Assembly (NCBI GenBank): GCA_943367705.1
Contig: CALRJV020000002.1
Coordinates: 204,895 to 268,894, forward strand
Source: Synechococcus sp. UW140
Lineage (GTDB): Bacteria > Cyanobacteriota > Cyanobacteriia > PCC-6307 > Cyanobiaceae
Direction: 5' to 3'
Length of the DNA: 64,000 bases
Shown here: positions 12,942 to 27,680 of the stretch, piece by piece
Position numbering within the stretch: the stretch's first letter is position 1
How the letters are laid out: each line of letters starts with the position of its first letter
Translations under genes and position numbers: made by a program
The notes under the pieces: model-generated
What the model was told of the DNA's origin: nothing
Database searches by the model: none
Seen by the model: only the letters and a program-made list of their open reading frames with translations

Positions 12942-14006
12942 ATGGCTGGCAAGCGCGTTGCGGTGATCGGTGCCAGTGGCTACGGGGGACTGCAGACCCT
13001 CAGGCTGCTGCAGGGCCACCCGGACCTCACGGTGAGCTTTCTGGGCGGGGAGCGCAGCACCGGCCGGCGCTGGAGCGAACTGGTGCCCTTCCTCCCCCTG
13101 GAGGACGACCTGGTGGTGCGCTCACCGGATCCGGAGGCCATCGCCGCCGCCGCCGATCTGGCCGTCCTGAGCCTGCCGAACGGCCTGGCCGCCGGTCTGG
13201 TCCCCGAACTGCTGCAGCGCGGCGTCAAGGTGGTGGACCTCTCGGCCGATTACCGCTACCGCTCCCTGGCCCGGTGGGAAGAGGTCTATGCCGCCGAAGC
13301 CCGCCAGGCCGCCCGCCAGGACGACGATCTCTGCCGGGAGGCCGTCTATGGCCTGGTGGAGGTGGCGGAGGCGCGGATCCGCGAGGCCCGCCTGGTGGCG
13401 GCCCCCGGCTGCTTTCCCACCGCCAGCCTGCTGGCCCTGCTGCCGTTCCTCGAGCAGGGACTGATCGAGACGAGCGGCATCGTCATCGACGCCAAGACGG
13501 GCACCTCCGGCGGCGGCCGGGCCGCCAAGGAGAACCTGCTGCTGGCCGAAGCCGCCGAAGCCGTGGCGCCCTACGGGGTGGTGGGCCACCGCCACACCAG
13601 TGAGATCGAGCAGCTGGCGGGCCAGGCGGCGGGCCAGGCGATCCAGCTGCAGTTCACGCCCCACCTGATGCCGATGGTGCGGGGCCTGCTGGCGACCGTG
13701 TACGGGCGGCTGCGGGACCCCGGGCTCACCGCCGAAGACTGCACCACCCTGCTCAAGGCGTCCTATCGCCACAGCCCCACCGTGCAGGTGTTGCCGGTGG
13801 GGACCTACCCCTCCACCAAGTGGGTGCGCAACACCAACCGCTGCCTGCTGTCGGTCCAGGTGGACCCGCGCACCGGCCAGCTGATCGTCATGAGCGCCAT
13901 CGACAACCTGGTCAAGGGCCAGGCCGGCCAGGGGGTCCAGTGCCTCAACCTGCTCAGCGGCCTGGAGGCGGGAACCGGACTGCCGCTGCTGCCCTTCTAT
14001 CCCTGA
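12942..14006 (+). CDS. argC: N-acetyl-gamma-glutamyl-phosphate reductase
   Basis: GASGYGG, AAPGCFPTA, SGGGR, IDNLVKGQAGQGVQ. Confidence 0.96.
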   Translation: MAGKRVAVIGASGYGGLQTLRLLQGHPDLTVSFLGGERSTGRRWSELVPFLPLEDDLVVRSPDPEAIAAAADLAVLSLPNGLAAGLVPELLQRGVKVVDLSADYRYRSLARWEEVYAAEARQAARQDDDLCREAVYGLVEVAEARIREARLVAAPGCFPTASLLALLPFLEQGLIETSGIVIDAKTGTSGGGRAAKENLLLAEAAEAVAPYGVVGHRHTSEIEQLAGQAAGQAIQLQFTPHLMPMVRGLLATVYGRLRDPGLTAEDCTTLLKASYRHSPTVQVLPVGTYPSTKWVRNTNRCLLSVQVDPRTGQLIVMSAIDNLVKGQAGQGVQCLNLLSGLEAGTGLPLLPFYP

Positions 14007-14656
14007 GTCAGGCGCCGGGCGGCCAGGGTGACGGCCAGCGGCAGGATGCGGTGCTCCTGCTGCTGGATGCGGGCGTGGAGCCGTTCGCGGTCGTCGTCCG
14101 CCAGCACCGGCACCGCTGCCTGCACCAGGATCGGCCCGGCATCCACCTGCTCGGTCACGATGTGGGCGGTGCAGCCGGCCACGGTCACCCCGGCCGCCAG
14201 GGCCTGCCCCACCCCGTCGGCGCCGCGGAAGCTGGGCAGCAGGGAGGGGTGGATGTTCACCAGCCGCTCCGGGAAGGCCCCGATCAGCACCGGGGTGACG
14301 ATGCGCATCCAGCCGGCCATCACCACCAGATCGACCCGATGCGCCGCAAACAGGTTGATCAGGGCCCGGTCCAGAGCCTCCCGCGAGGGCTGCCGGCGGT
14401 GGTCGATCACCTCGCAGGGGACCCCGAGGCGTTCGGCCCGGCCCCGGGCCCCGCAGTCCGCCCGGTTCACCGCCAGGACGACCACCTGGCCATGCAGCCG
14501 GCCATCGCCGCAGGCCCGCGCCAGGGCTTCGAAGTTGCTGCCGGCGCCCGAGGCCATCACCGCCAGTCGCAGCGGGGCGTCGGCGGCCGGAAGCGGCTGT
14601 GGCAACGGCCACTGGAGAGACCCGCCGGGATCGCTATGGTCAGCGGAATCGGGCAT
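13997..14656 (-). CDS. purN: Phosphoribosylglycinamide formyltransferase (start could be 14665)
   Basis: MASGAGSNFEAL, LVVMAGWMRI, NIHPSLLPSFRG, VDAGPILVQ. Confidence 0.93.
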   Translation of the reverse strand: MPDSADHSDPGGSLQWPLPQPLPAADAPLRLAVMASGAGSNFEALARACGDGRLHGQVVVLAVNRADCGARGRAERLGVPCEVIDHRRQPSREALDRALINLFAAHRVDLVVMAGWMRIVTPVLIGAFPERLVNIHPSLLPSFRGADGVGQALAAGVTVAGCTAHIVTEQVDAGPILVQAAVPVLADDDRERLHARIQQQEHRILPLAVTLAARRLTQG

Positions 14657-14663
14657 TGCGTCC

Positions 14664-15008
14664 ATGTCCCATCTCTCCATCCTGCCCACCGTTCTGCGGG
14701 ATGCCGAGACCCTGGCGGCCACCCTCGCCAGCCTCCAGCTCCCCTGGCGGTGGGGGGGTGAACTGGTCGGATTCGCCGGCGAGCGCCAGGCGGTGACCCT
14801 GCAGCTGCAGCTCAGGGACGGCCAGGGCCTGGGATGGGTCCAGCAGAACGACGGCTCCCTCGCCCTGGTGGGCGATCTCCAGCGCATCAGCCGCAACAAC
14901 GGGCTGCAGCGGCTGCTGGGCCGGATCACCCGGGCCTATGCCGCCCGGGCGGCCCTCCAGGAGGCCAGCCTGGCCCTCCCCACGGCGTCGATCGAGCTCC
15001 GTGTCTGA
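14664..15008 (+). CDS. DUF1257 (Ycf35-like) small protein
   Basis: MSHLSILPTVLRD... with GWVQQNDGSLALVGDL and RAYA matches my recollection of DUF1257; it is the 3' part of ORF 14028..15008. Confidence 0.7.
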   Translation: MSHLSILPTVLRDAETLAATLASLQLPWRWGGELVGFAGERQAVTLQLQLRDGQGLGWVQQNDGSLALVGDLQRISRNNGLQRLLGRITRAYAARAALQEASLALPTASIELRV

Positions 15009-16749
15009 CGACCCACCCCAACCCGACACGGTCGCCGGGCCGGTCGTCCAGCTTGATCTGCGCGAGCCCCATCGCCATCGGGTCCAGGTCACCCTCCATC
15101 TCACCCCCCGGTGCCAGCGGCTTGAGCTGCAGCTGCCAGCCTGGACGCCGGGCTCCTACCTGATCCGTGACCACGTCCGCCACCTTGAGGCCCTGGAGGT
15201 GGATCAGGGTCCCGACAGGGTCGTCCCGGTGCGGGTGGCGGAGGCCCGCTGGCGGCTCTCCCTCCCCAGCCTTGCCCCCCTCGTCGTCCGCTACCGCCTC
15301 CAGGCCACGGAGCTGAGCGTGCGCACCTGCCACCTCAATGCCGACCACGGCTTCCTGGCCCTGGCCGGTGTGGTGCTGGAGGCCACGGGCGAACGCTGGA
15401 ACCCCCACCGCCTGGAGCTGCGGCTGCCCGAGGGCTGGCAGGCCTTCGTTCCCCTCCCGTCGGTCGGCGATGGCGCCTGGAGCGCCGCCGACTACGACCG
15501 GCTGATCGACGCGCCCCTGGAGGCCGGCCCCCATCCCAGCCACCGCTTCAGCGTCGCCGGGGTCCCGCACCGCTGGGTCACCTGGGGGGGCGATCTGCCC
15601 GCCCGGGATCCCACCTGGCTGGCCGATGTGGAACGCATCGCCCTGGCCTGCTGCCGCCTGATGGGGGAGACCGCCCCCGTCAGCGACGACTACCTGTTCG
15701 TGCTCCACCTGCTGGAGGCGGGCTTCGGCGGCCTGGAGCACGACCACGCCAGCGTGCTCCAGTACGGCCGCCGGGCCCTGGCTGCCCCGGGGGGACGCCG
15801 CAAGCTGCTGCAGCTGGTGGCCCACGAGTACCTGCACCAGTGGAACGTGCGGCGCCTCAAGCCCGCCGAGCTCACGCCGCTCGACTACGGGCGGGCCACG
15901 ATCGTGTCCGGTCTCTGGTTCGCCGAGGGGGTGACTTCCTACCTCGACCTGCTGCTGCCCCTGGCGGCCGGTGTGGGCACCGAGGCCGACCTGCTCGAGG
16001 ACCTGGGGGCGAACCTGAGCCGCTACCTGCTCACCCCCGGCCGCCGGGTCCAGGGACTGCGGCAGAGCGCCCAGGAGGCCTGGGTGAAGCTCTACCGCCA
16101 GGATGCCTCCTCGGCCGACAGCCAGATCAGCTACTACCTCAAGGGGGCCGTCGTGGCCCTGGTGCTCGACCTGCACCTGAGGCGCCACGGCTCCAGCCTG
16201 GGGGTGGTGCTGCGGGGGCTGTGGCGCAGCCACGGGGCCGCGGGACGCGGCTACACCGACGCCGATCTGATCGACGCCTTCGCCGGCCAGGCCCCCGACC
16301 TGGCGGAACTGCTGCCCCACTGGCTGGAGAGCACCGACGACCCCGACCTCGGCGCCTACCTGGCCGATGTGGGGCTGGCCCTGCGGCCGAAGCTGGCCCA
16401 CGAGCCCTTCCTCGGCTGGCAGCTGGAGGAAGCCGCGGGGGGAACGATGCGGCTGAAGCGGGTGCACAGGGACGGCCCGGCGGAGCGGGCCTGGCTGCAG
16501 GCAGGCGATGAGCTGCTCGCCCTCGACGACCTGCGCCTGCGCACCCCGGAGGACCTGGCCCTGGCCCTGGCCATCCCCACGTCAGCGGCGGAACGGCAGC
16601 TGCTCTTCTGCCGGGACAGCCGGGTGCGCCGCACCGGCCTGCAGCCCGATCCCCCGGCGATCGCCAGCTGGCAGCTGGTGATCGATCCTGATCGCGACAG
16701 CGCGCAGACCCGCGACAACCGGCAGCGCTGGCTGTCGCTGCAGCCATGA
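15001..16749 (+). CDS. M61 family metallopeptidase with PDZ domain
   Basis: PAWTPGSYLIRD, GGLEH, HEYLHQWN zinc motif, WFAEGVTSY, YYLKG, PDZ-like GPAERAWLQAGDELLALD; GTG start overlapping the upstream stop. Confidence 0.9.
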   Translation: MSDDPPQPDTVAGPVVQLDLREPHRHRVQVTLHLTPRCQRLELQLPAWTPGSYLIRDHVRHLEALEVDQGPDRVVPVRVAEARWRLSLPSLAPLVVRYRLQATELSVRTCHLNADHGFLALAGVVLEATGERWNPHRLELRLPEGWQAFVPLPSVGDGAWSAADYDRLIDAPLEAGPHPSHRFSVAGVPHRWVTWGGDLPARDPTWLADVERIALACCRLMGETAPVSDDYLFVLHLLEAGFGGLEHDHASVLQYGRRALAAPGGRRKLLQLVAHEYLHQWNVRRLKPAELTPLDYGRATIVSGLWFAEGVTSYLDLLLPLAAGVGTEADLLEDLGANLSRYLLTPGRRVQGLRQSAQEAWVKLYRQDASSADSQISYYLKGAVVALVLDLHLRRHGSSLGVVLRGLWRSHGAAGRGYTDADLIDAFAGQAPDLAELLPHWLESTDDPDLGAYLADVGLALRPKLAHEPFLGWQLEEAAGGTMRLKRVHRDGPAERAWLQAGDELLALDDLRLRTPEDLALALAIPTSAAERQLLFCRDSRVRRTGLQPDPPAIASWQLVIDPDRDSAQTRDNRQRWLSLQP

Positions 16750-17621
16750 CATCGTCCCTGCGCCCCCTGGTGCTGGCGGTGGCCGGTGCGGGTGTGATCA
16801 GCCTGGGGGGACTCACCTGGCTGGGCCGTGACCTGTTCGGCTCCCCGGGCAATGCCGGTGGCCGTGCCTCCCTCCTCGATCTGCTGGAGCAGGTGCGCCA
16901 CTCCCCTGCCGATGGGGGGGCGTCGCCGTCAACGCCGGAGCAGGCCCTGCCGCCGCCCCAGGCCGCCTGGCGGGCTCCCCTGGGGGGCGCCTGCCAGGCC
17001 GATCCGGCCCTGCGCGCCCGCCTGGCGGGGCTGGCGGAGCGATTGCGCTACGACACCGTTCGGCTGCGCATCGACCCGAGCAACTACGGCGAGCGTTTCC
17101 GCCGCGATGCCTTCGGCCAGACGCTTGACACCACCCCCCAGGTTGTCGTGCTGCACGAGACCGTCTTCGGCATCAACTCGGCGATCAACACCTTCATGAC
17201 GCCCCATCCGCGGGACGAGGATCAGGTGAGTTATCACACCCTGATCGGCCTCGATGGCCAGGTGGTGGAGGCGCTGGACCCGGCCAAGCGGGCCTTCGGC
17301 GCCGGCAACTCGGCCTTCAACGGCCGCTGGGTGGTGACCAACCCGGAGCTGGCCGGCTCGATCAACAACTTCGCCCTGCACCTCAGCCTGGAAACGCCCC
17401 TCGATGGCGAGAACCAGGCGTCGAGTCACAGCGGTTACACGGCTGCCCAGTACGACGCCCTCGCCGTCGTCCTGGCCCGCTGGATGCGCCGCTACGGCAT
17501 TCCCCCGGCCAACATCACCACCCACCAGCACGTGGATCTGGGCGGGGAACGCATGGATCCGCGCAGCTTCGACTGGCGGGAACTGCAGCTGCGGCTGGCC
17601 GCCCTCGGGGTGCTCTGCTGA
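16746..17621 (+). CDS. N-acetylmuramoyl-L-alanine amidase (Amidase_2)
   Basis: VVLHET, SYHTLI, RAFGAG, LSLE, ITTHQHVD...DPRSF; N-terminal TM; ATGA overlap with the peptidase. Confidence 0.85.
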   Translation: MTSSLRPLVLAVAGAGVISLGGLTWLGRDLFGSPGNAGGRASLLDLLEQVRHSPADGGASPSTPEQALPPPQAAWRAPLGGACQADPALRARLAGLAERLRYDTVRLRIDPSNYGERFRRDAFGQTLDTTPQVVVLHETVFGINSAINTFMTPHPRDEDQVSYHTLIGLDGQVVEALDPAKRAFGAGNSAFNGRWVVTNPELAGSINNFALHLSLETPLDGENQASSHSGYTAAQYDALAVVLARWMRRYGIPPANITTHQHVDLGGERMDPRSFDWRELQLRLAALGVLC

Positions 17622-17661
17622 TCGGGACGCGCCTGGGGCCGGTTCAGATCACCGGGCCGGC

Positions 17662-18597
17662 TCAGATCAGCGGGCTGGTGATCGGTTTGCGGGTGCCGTA
17701 GAGCAGGGCGTGCAGCTCCGGGTCCTGCATGTAGCGCAGCACCCGTCCGGGGTAGTCCAACTTGCCGTTGTGCAGGTAGGCCAGGGTGGCAATGGCCTTG
17801 GCGTCGGCTGGGGAGGTGCTGGCCATCAGCAGGGCGTTGTGGGAGAGCCCGAGGGCCTGCTTCAGCCGCACGAACTTGCCCACCAGCAGCCGCACGTTGC
17901 GATCGGGGTCAAGCAGCTCCATGCGCGCCTCGTCGATCTGCTCCGCAGTGGCATCGGCGGGCAGGAGCCCCTGCTTGACGAGCTCGCCGACACTGAGCTG
18001 GGCCGGGCCGTGGGTGCTGAACAGGCCGCTGCGGGCCGCCAGGGGCAGGTCTTCGCCGGGCTTGGCGTGCTGCAGCTCATCGAAAAGCACGGCGGCAACC
18101 AGCATCGGGTTGATGTGGTGGCGGTGGCTCTCGCTGAGGATCACCGGTCTGAGCTCCTCGAGCCGCCCGAGGGTGTGGGTGCGCAGGGGCTGGAGCTGGT
18201 CGATGCCCTCGGTGAACAGCTGGGCCAGACGGGGCTGGGGGCCGTGGACGCCGAAGCGGCGGTTGAGCTCCCGCAGTTCCTCGGGCGTGAAATCGACCGG
18301 ATCGGGCCGCAGCCCTTCGCTGGTGGACGGGCTGATCAGGGGAAAGACCTGGCCGTCGCGCCCGCCATCGGTGAGCAGGAAGGGGCTGCGGGATCGCACC
18401 TGATGGTCCCGGCTCAGGGGGATCAGGGCCAGGCCACCGGCCACCAGAAGCAGACCCAGACCGAGACCGTGCTGCCGCAAGCCATGGCGATGCAGGCGGC
18501 TCCGATCGAGAGCTTGGCGACCCAGGCCTCGCAGAGAAGCGATCGCCGGCCGGTGGCCGGAGCGTCGTGGCTTAGTTCCGTCGGGGCGGGACAGCAA
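17662..18597 (-). CDS. Membrane-anchored lysozyme-fold (SLT-like) hypothetical protein
   Basis: INPMLVAAVLFDE, HGPAQLS, LLDPDRNVRL, AYLHNG, YPGRVL line up in order with SLT motifs; N-terminal TM. Confidence 0.55.
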   Translation of the reverse strand: MLSRPDGTKPRRSGHRPAIASLRGLGRQALDRSRLHRHGLRQHGLGLGLLLVAGGLALIPLSRDHQVRSRSPFLLTDGGRDGQVFPLISPSTSEGLRPDPVDFTPEELRELNRRFGVHGPQPRLAQLFTEGIDQLQPLRTHTLGRLEELRPVILSESHRHHINPMLVAAVLFDELQHAKPGEDLPLAARSGLFSTHGPAQLSVGELVKQGLLPADATAEQIDEARMELLDPDRNVRLLVGKFVRLKQALGLSHNALLMASTSPADAKAIATLAYLHNGKLDYPGRVLRYMQDPELHALLYGTRKPITSPLI

Positions 18598-18768
18598 GCG
18601 GAATGGCGCTCTTTAGATCAATTGTAACGAACACGGCCGGACTCTTCCCGTTTCGGGGGCGCTCCGGCGGCCGGCCCCGTGGTGGAAAGCCCGCATCCGC
18701 CGATCCGCTTGCCGAACGTGGAGGCTGATGGATACGGTTCGGGGGCCCGTCACGGCCTCCCAGGAGCC

Positions 18769-21502
<2,734 letters not shown>

Positions 21503-21546
21503 CCCCCTCTTCTGAACACCCTGCGACCCCGGAGGTCGGCGTCCCC

Positions 21547-22389
21547 ATGCTCGAGCTGCTCAGCGAGAACCGCAGTTTCGGCGGCCTGCACCGCCGTTAC
21601 AGGCACCCGTCCTCCGAGCTGAACGGGCCGGCGAATCTGGCGGTGTACCTGCCGCCCCAGGCCCTCGCCGGGGAGAGGGTGCCGGCCCTTTACTGGCTCT
21701 CAGGGCTCACCTGCACCGACGAGAACGTGATGCAGAAGGGCGGCGCCCATCGCCTCGCCGCCGAGCTCGGCCTGGCCCTGGTGGCCCCGGACACCAGCCC
21801 CAGGGGAGCGGAGGTGCCCACGGACCCTGAGGGCGGCTGGGACCTGGGCCAGGGGGCCGGCTTCTACGTCGATGCCACCCAGGCCCCCTGGAACCGCCAC
21901 TACCGGATGCACTCCTACGTGGTGGAGGAGCTGCCCTCCCTGCTGGAAGCGGAGCTGCCCCTGAGCCAGAGCCGCGGCATCAGCGGCCACTCCATGGGAG
22001 GCCACGGCGCCCTGGTGACGGCCCTGCGCCACCCGGGCCGCTACCGCTCGGTCTCCGCCTTCGCCCCGATCTGCCATCCCGCCGCCTGCCCCTGGGGCAA
22101 GAAAGCCTTCGGTGCCTACCTGGGCCCCGATCCAGGGGCCTGGGCCGCCTGGGACGCCACCCTGCTGATCCCCGCGGCGGCGGAGCGCCTGCCCCTGCTG
22201 GTGGATCAGGGCACGGCCGACCCTTTTCTCGACACCCAGCTGAGGCCCGCCGACCTGGCGGCGGCGGCCGAGGCGGCGGGCCACCCCCTGCAGCTGCGCT
22301 ACCAGGAGGGCTACGACCACAGCTACTTCTTCATCGCCAGCTTCATCGACGACCACCTGCGCCACCATGGCGCCGCCCTGGGGGCCTGA
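21547..22389 (+). CDS. fghA: S-formylglutathione hydrolase
   Basis: LSGLTCTDEN, PDTSPRG, GHSMGGHGA, GYDHSYFFI. Confidence 0.93.
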   Translation: MLELLSENRSFGGLHRRYRHPSSELNGPANLAVYLPPQALAGERVPALYWLSGLTCTDENVMQKGGAHRLAAELGLALVAPDTSPRGAEVPTDPEGGWDLGQGAGFYVDATQAPWNRHYRMHSYVVEELPSLLEAELPLSQSRGISGHSMGGHGALVTALRHPGRYRSVSAFAPICHPAACPWGKKAFGAYLGPDPGAWAAWDATLLIPAAAERLPLLVDQGTADPFLDTQLRPADLAAAAEAAGHPLQLRYQEGYDHSYFFIASFIDDHLRHHGAALGA

Positions 22390-22407
22390 GGCAACGGGCG
22401 ATGGCCC

Positions 22408-25029
<2,622 letters not shown>

Positions 25030-25075
25030 GGGCCACAGAGAATGGGAGTGATCGTGTCACAGCCCATGGGAAGGC

Positions 25076-25315
25076 TCAGCTGAGGGCCCGCAGCGACGCC
25101 ACGGCAGCCAGGCTGATCAGCAGCAGCGGCGTACCGGGTTCGGTGCTCATCGCCAGGTAATGGCTGTCCTGCCAGCGGATGATCCCATCGAACTCCTTGC
25201 CGGACAGCAGGACGACGTTCACAGGGGTGCGGATGCGGATCAGCTCCTGGACGTGCCGCACACTGGGCAGGGTCGTGTCGAGCCTGGGTCCCCGTCGTTC
25301 AAAGAAACTCTGCAT
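25076..25315 (-). CDS. hfq: Cyanobacterial Hfq-like Sm protein
   Basis: LDTTLPSVRHVQELI...GKEFDGIIRWQD...ISLAAV matches the cyanobacterial Hfq pattern; 79 aa. Confidence 0.8.
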   Translation of the reverse strand: MQSFFERRGPRLDTTLPSVRHVQELIRIRTPVNVVLLSGKEFDGIIRWQDSHYLAMSTEPGTPLLLISLAAVASLRALS

Positions 25316-25358
25316 AGGATCGACCCCAATCTCCAGGTCTCACGGAACGGTGCATCAG

Positions 25359-26477
25359 GTGCTCCAATTCAGCAAATACCAGGGTCTTGGAAATGACTTC
25401 TTGCTCCTGGACGGCCGCAGCTTAGAGGATCCTGAGGGCCTGTTCGGCCTGACCCCCGAAGGGGTGCAGCGGCTCTGCGACCGCCGCTTCGGCGTCGGCG
25501 GCGATGGCGTGATCCTGGCCCTGCCGCCCAGGGAGGGCGGCGAGTTGCGGATGCGGATCTTCAACGCCGATGGCACAGAGCCGGAGATGTGCGGCAACGG
25601 GATCCGCTGCCTGGCCCGCTTCCTGGCGGACAGCGACGGCGACGAGGCTCCCCGGAGCTGGGAGATCGAGACCCTCGCCGGTCGCATCGTGCCGGCCCTG
25701 GCCGAGGACGGTCGCATCCGCGTCGACATGGGCCCGCCGTTCCTGACGCCCGAGACCATCCCCACCACCTTGGCGATGGGGGAGCAGGGGCTGCCCGTGG
25801 GTGAGCTCGAGGTGCTGGGCCAGCGGCTGGCGGTGGCGGCCGCCGGCATGGGCAATCCCCATGCCGTCGTGCCCGTCGCCGATGTGGCGACGATCGATCT
25901 GGAGGGTCTCGGCGCTGCCCTTGAGGTGCACGGGGCCTTTCCGGCCCGCACCAACGTCCACTTCGTCCAGGTGCTTGCCCCCGACCATCTGGTGATGCGG
26001 GTGTGGGAGCGGGGGGCGGGTCCCACCCTGGCCTGCGGCACCGGCGCCTGCGCCACCCTGGTGGCCTGCCATCGGCTCGGCCTGGCCGCCCGCCACGCCC
26101 GGCTTGATCTGCCGGGCGGGCCCCTGGAGATCCTCTGGGACGAAGCCAGCGGCCACGTGTTCATGACCGGCCCGGCCGAGGCGGTGTTCGATGGGGTCGT
26201 GGCGCCATCGCTGTTCGACGAGGACGGGGCGCTGCCTCAAGTCACGGCGGTCCCCCCCGCCATTTCGGTGCCCCCCGCCATCGAGGACTCCATCGACTGC
26301 GCCACCGCCTGCGTCAACGGCTGCCTGCGCCCGGAGGCCTGCCCCAGCGCCGACGCCCGGGCCCGCGTCACGGCCCTGCTGGAGGGGCGCTCCCTTGACG
26401 ATCTGGTGGCCCTGGCCGGCGAATCCCTGGAATCCCGCACCCGGGGCCGCCTCTCCCGCGATGCCCCCGCCCCCTGA
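25359..26477 (+). CDS. dapF: Diaminopimelate epimerase with C-terminal 4-Cys extension
   Basis: FSKYQGLGNDF, EMCGNGIRC, MGNPHAV, ERGAGPTLACGTGA; GTG start at 25359. Confidence 0.95.
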   Translation: MLQFSKYQGLGNDFLLLDGRSLEDPEGLFGLTPEGVQRLCDRRFGVGGDGVILALPPREGGELRMRIFNADGTEPEMCGNGIRCLARFLADSDGDEAPRSWEIETLAGRIVPALAEDGRIRVDMGPPFLTPETIPTTLAMGEQGLPVGELEVLGQRLAVAAAGMGNPHAVVPVADVATIDLEGLGAALEVHGAFPARTNVHFVQVLAPDHLVMRVWERGAGPTLACGTGACATLVACHRLGLAARHARLDLPGGPLEILWDEASGHVFMTGPAEAVFDGVVAPSLFDEDGALPQVTAVPPAISVPPAIEDSIDCATACVNGCLRPEACPSADARARVTALLEGRSLDDLVALAGESLESRTRGRLSRDAPAP

Positions 26478-27654
26478 GATCTATCTGGACGCCAGCGCCA
26501 CCGCCCCTCCGGCGGCGGCGGTGCTGGAGGCCATGGATCGGGCCTACCAGGAGGCCTGGGCCAACCCGTCCAGCCTCCATGGCCACGGCCTGGCGGCGGC
26601 GGAGCGGCTGGAGCGCGACCGCCAGACCATCGCCGCCCGGCTCGGCTGCGGCGGCCATGAACTGGTGCTCCTCTCCGGGGGAAGCGAAGCGATCCACACG
26701 GCCCTGGTCGGCTCCGACGGACCACTGGAGCCGGGTCGGGTGCTGCTGTCGGCCGTGGAGCACCCCGCCAGCTACGCCGCCGCCGCCGCCCTGGGGCGTC
26801 GTGGCTGGGAGGTGCAGCTCCTGCCGGTGGACCGCCGCGGCGTGATCGATCTGGAGGAGCTGCAGCGCCTGCTGGCCCCGCCGACCCGGCTGGTGTCGGT
26901 GCTCTGGGGCCAGAGCGAGGTGGGCACGCTCCAGCCGATCGAGGCGATCGGTGCGCTGTGCCGCCAGGCCGGCGTGCGGTTTCACGTCGATGCGGTGCAG
27001 GTGGTGGGCCACCAGCAGGTCGATTTCAGCCGACTCCCGGTGGATCTGCTGAGTTGCACGGCCCACAAGATCCAGGGCCCCCGCGGGGTGGGGGCCCTGC
27101 TGGTGCGCCGCGGGGTCCGGCTTGAGCCCCTGATCGGCGGAGCCCAGGAGGGTGGCCGTCGCGGCGGCACCGAGCCGGTGGCCCTGGTGGCCGGCTTCGC
27201 GGCGGCCCTCGAGCTGGCCGACCGGCGGCTGGCCGCCCACGGGGGCAGCGATCCGCTCGCATCGGTGCGTGATCGCCTGCTGGCCGACCTGCGGCGGCTG
27301 GAGGGCGTGCGGCTGAGCGGGCCGGAGCCGGACGACCCCGCCGGGCGCCTGCCGCACCACATCAGCCTGCTGGTGGAAGGGGAGGATGGCCGGCCCCTGG
27401 CCGGTCGGCGGCTGGTGCGGGAGCTGGCCCGCCGGGGCTATGCCCTCAGCAGCGGATCGGCCTGCGCCAGCGCCGGAGCCGGTGCGGGCACGGCCGGCAC
27501 CAGTGCGGTGCTGCTCGCCATGGGATACGGCCCCGCCGAGGCGGCCAGCGGCCTGCGGATCAGCCTGGGCCCCTGGCTGTGCCCCGAGGATCTGGCCGGC
27601 CTGCCGGCGGCCCTGGAGCAGGCCCGCCGCAGCGTGGCGGAAGCGCCTGGGTAG
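26461..27654 (+). CDS. Cysteine desulfurase (IscS/NifS family)
   Basis: YLDASAT, NPSSLH, HVDAVQ, AHKIQGPRGVG (PLP Lys), SSGSAC (catalytic Cys). Confidence 0.9.
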   Translation: MPPPPEIYLDASATAPPAAAVLEAMDRAYQEAWANPSSLHGHGLAAAERLERDRQTIAARLGCGGHELVLLSGGSEAIHTALVGSDGPLEPGRVLLSAVEHPASYAAAAALGRRGWEVQLLPVDRRGVIDLEELQRLLAPPTRLVSVLWGQSEVGTLQPIEAIGALCRQAGVRFHVDAVQVVGHQQVDFSRLPVDLLSCTAHKIQGPRGVGALLVRRGVRLEPLIGGAQEGGRRGGTEPVALVAGFAAALELADRRLAAHGGSDPLASVRDRLLADLRRLEGVRLSGPEPDDPAGRLPHHISLLVEGEDGRPLAGRRLVRELARRGYALSSGSACASAGAGAGTAGTSAVLLAMGYGPAEAASGLRISLGPWLCPEDLAGLPAALEQARRSVAEAPG

Positions 27655-27680
27655 GGTCCGATCAGCCCTGCCGCCAGCCG

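Noticed and set aside
25179-25358. Long N-terminal extensions in the ORF track (dapF, frmA, fghA, M61, sigma factor, purN, apcD, cysteine desulfurase)
   Set aside because: They overlap neighbouring genes and precede the recognisable family N-termini, so downstream starts were used.
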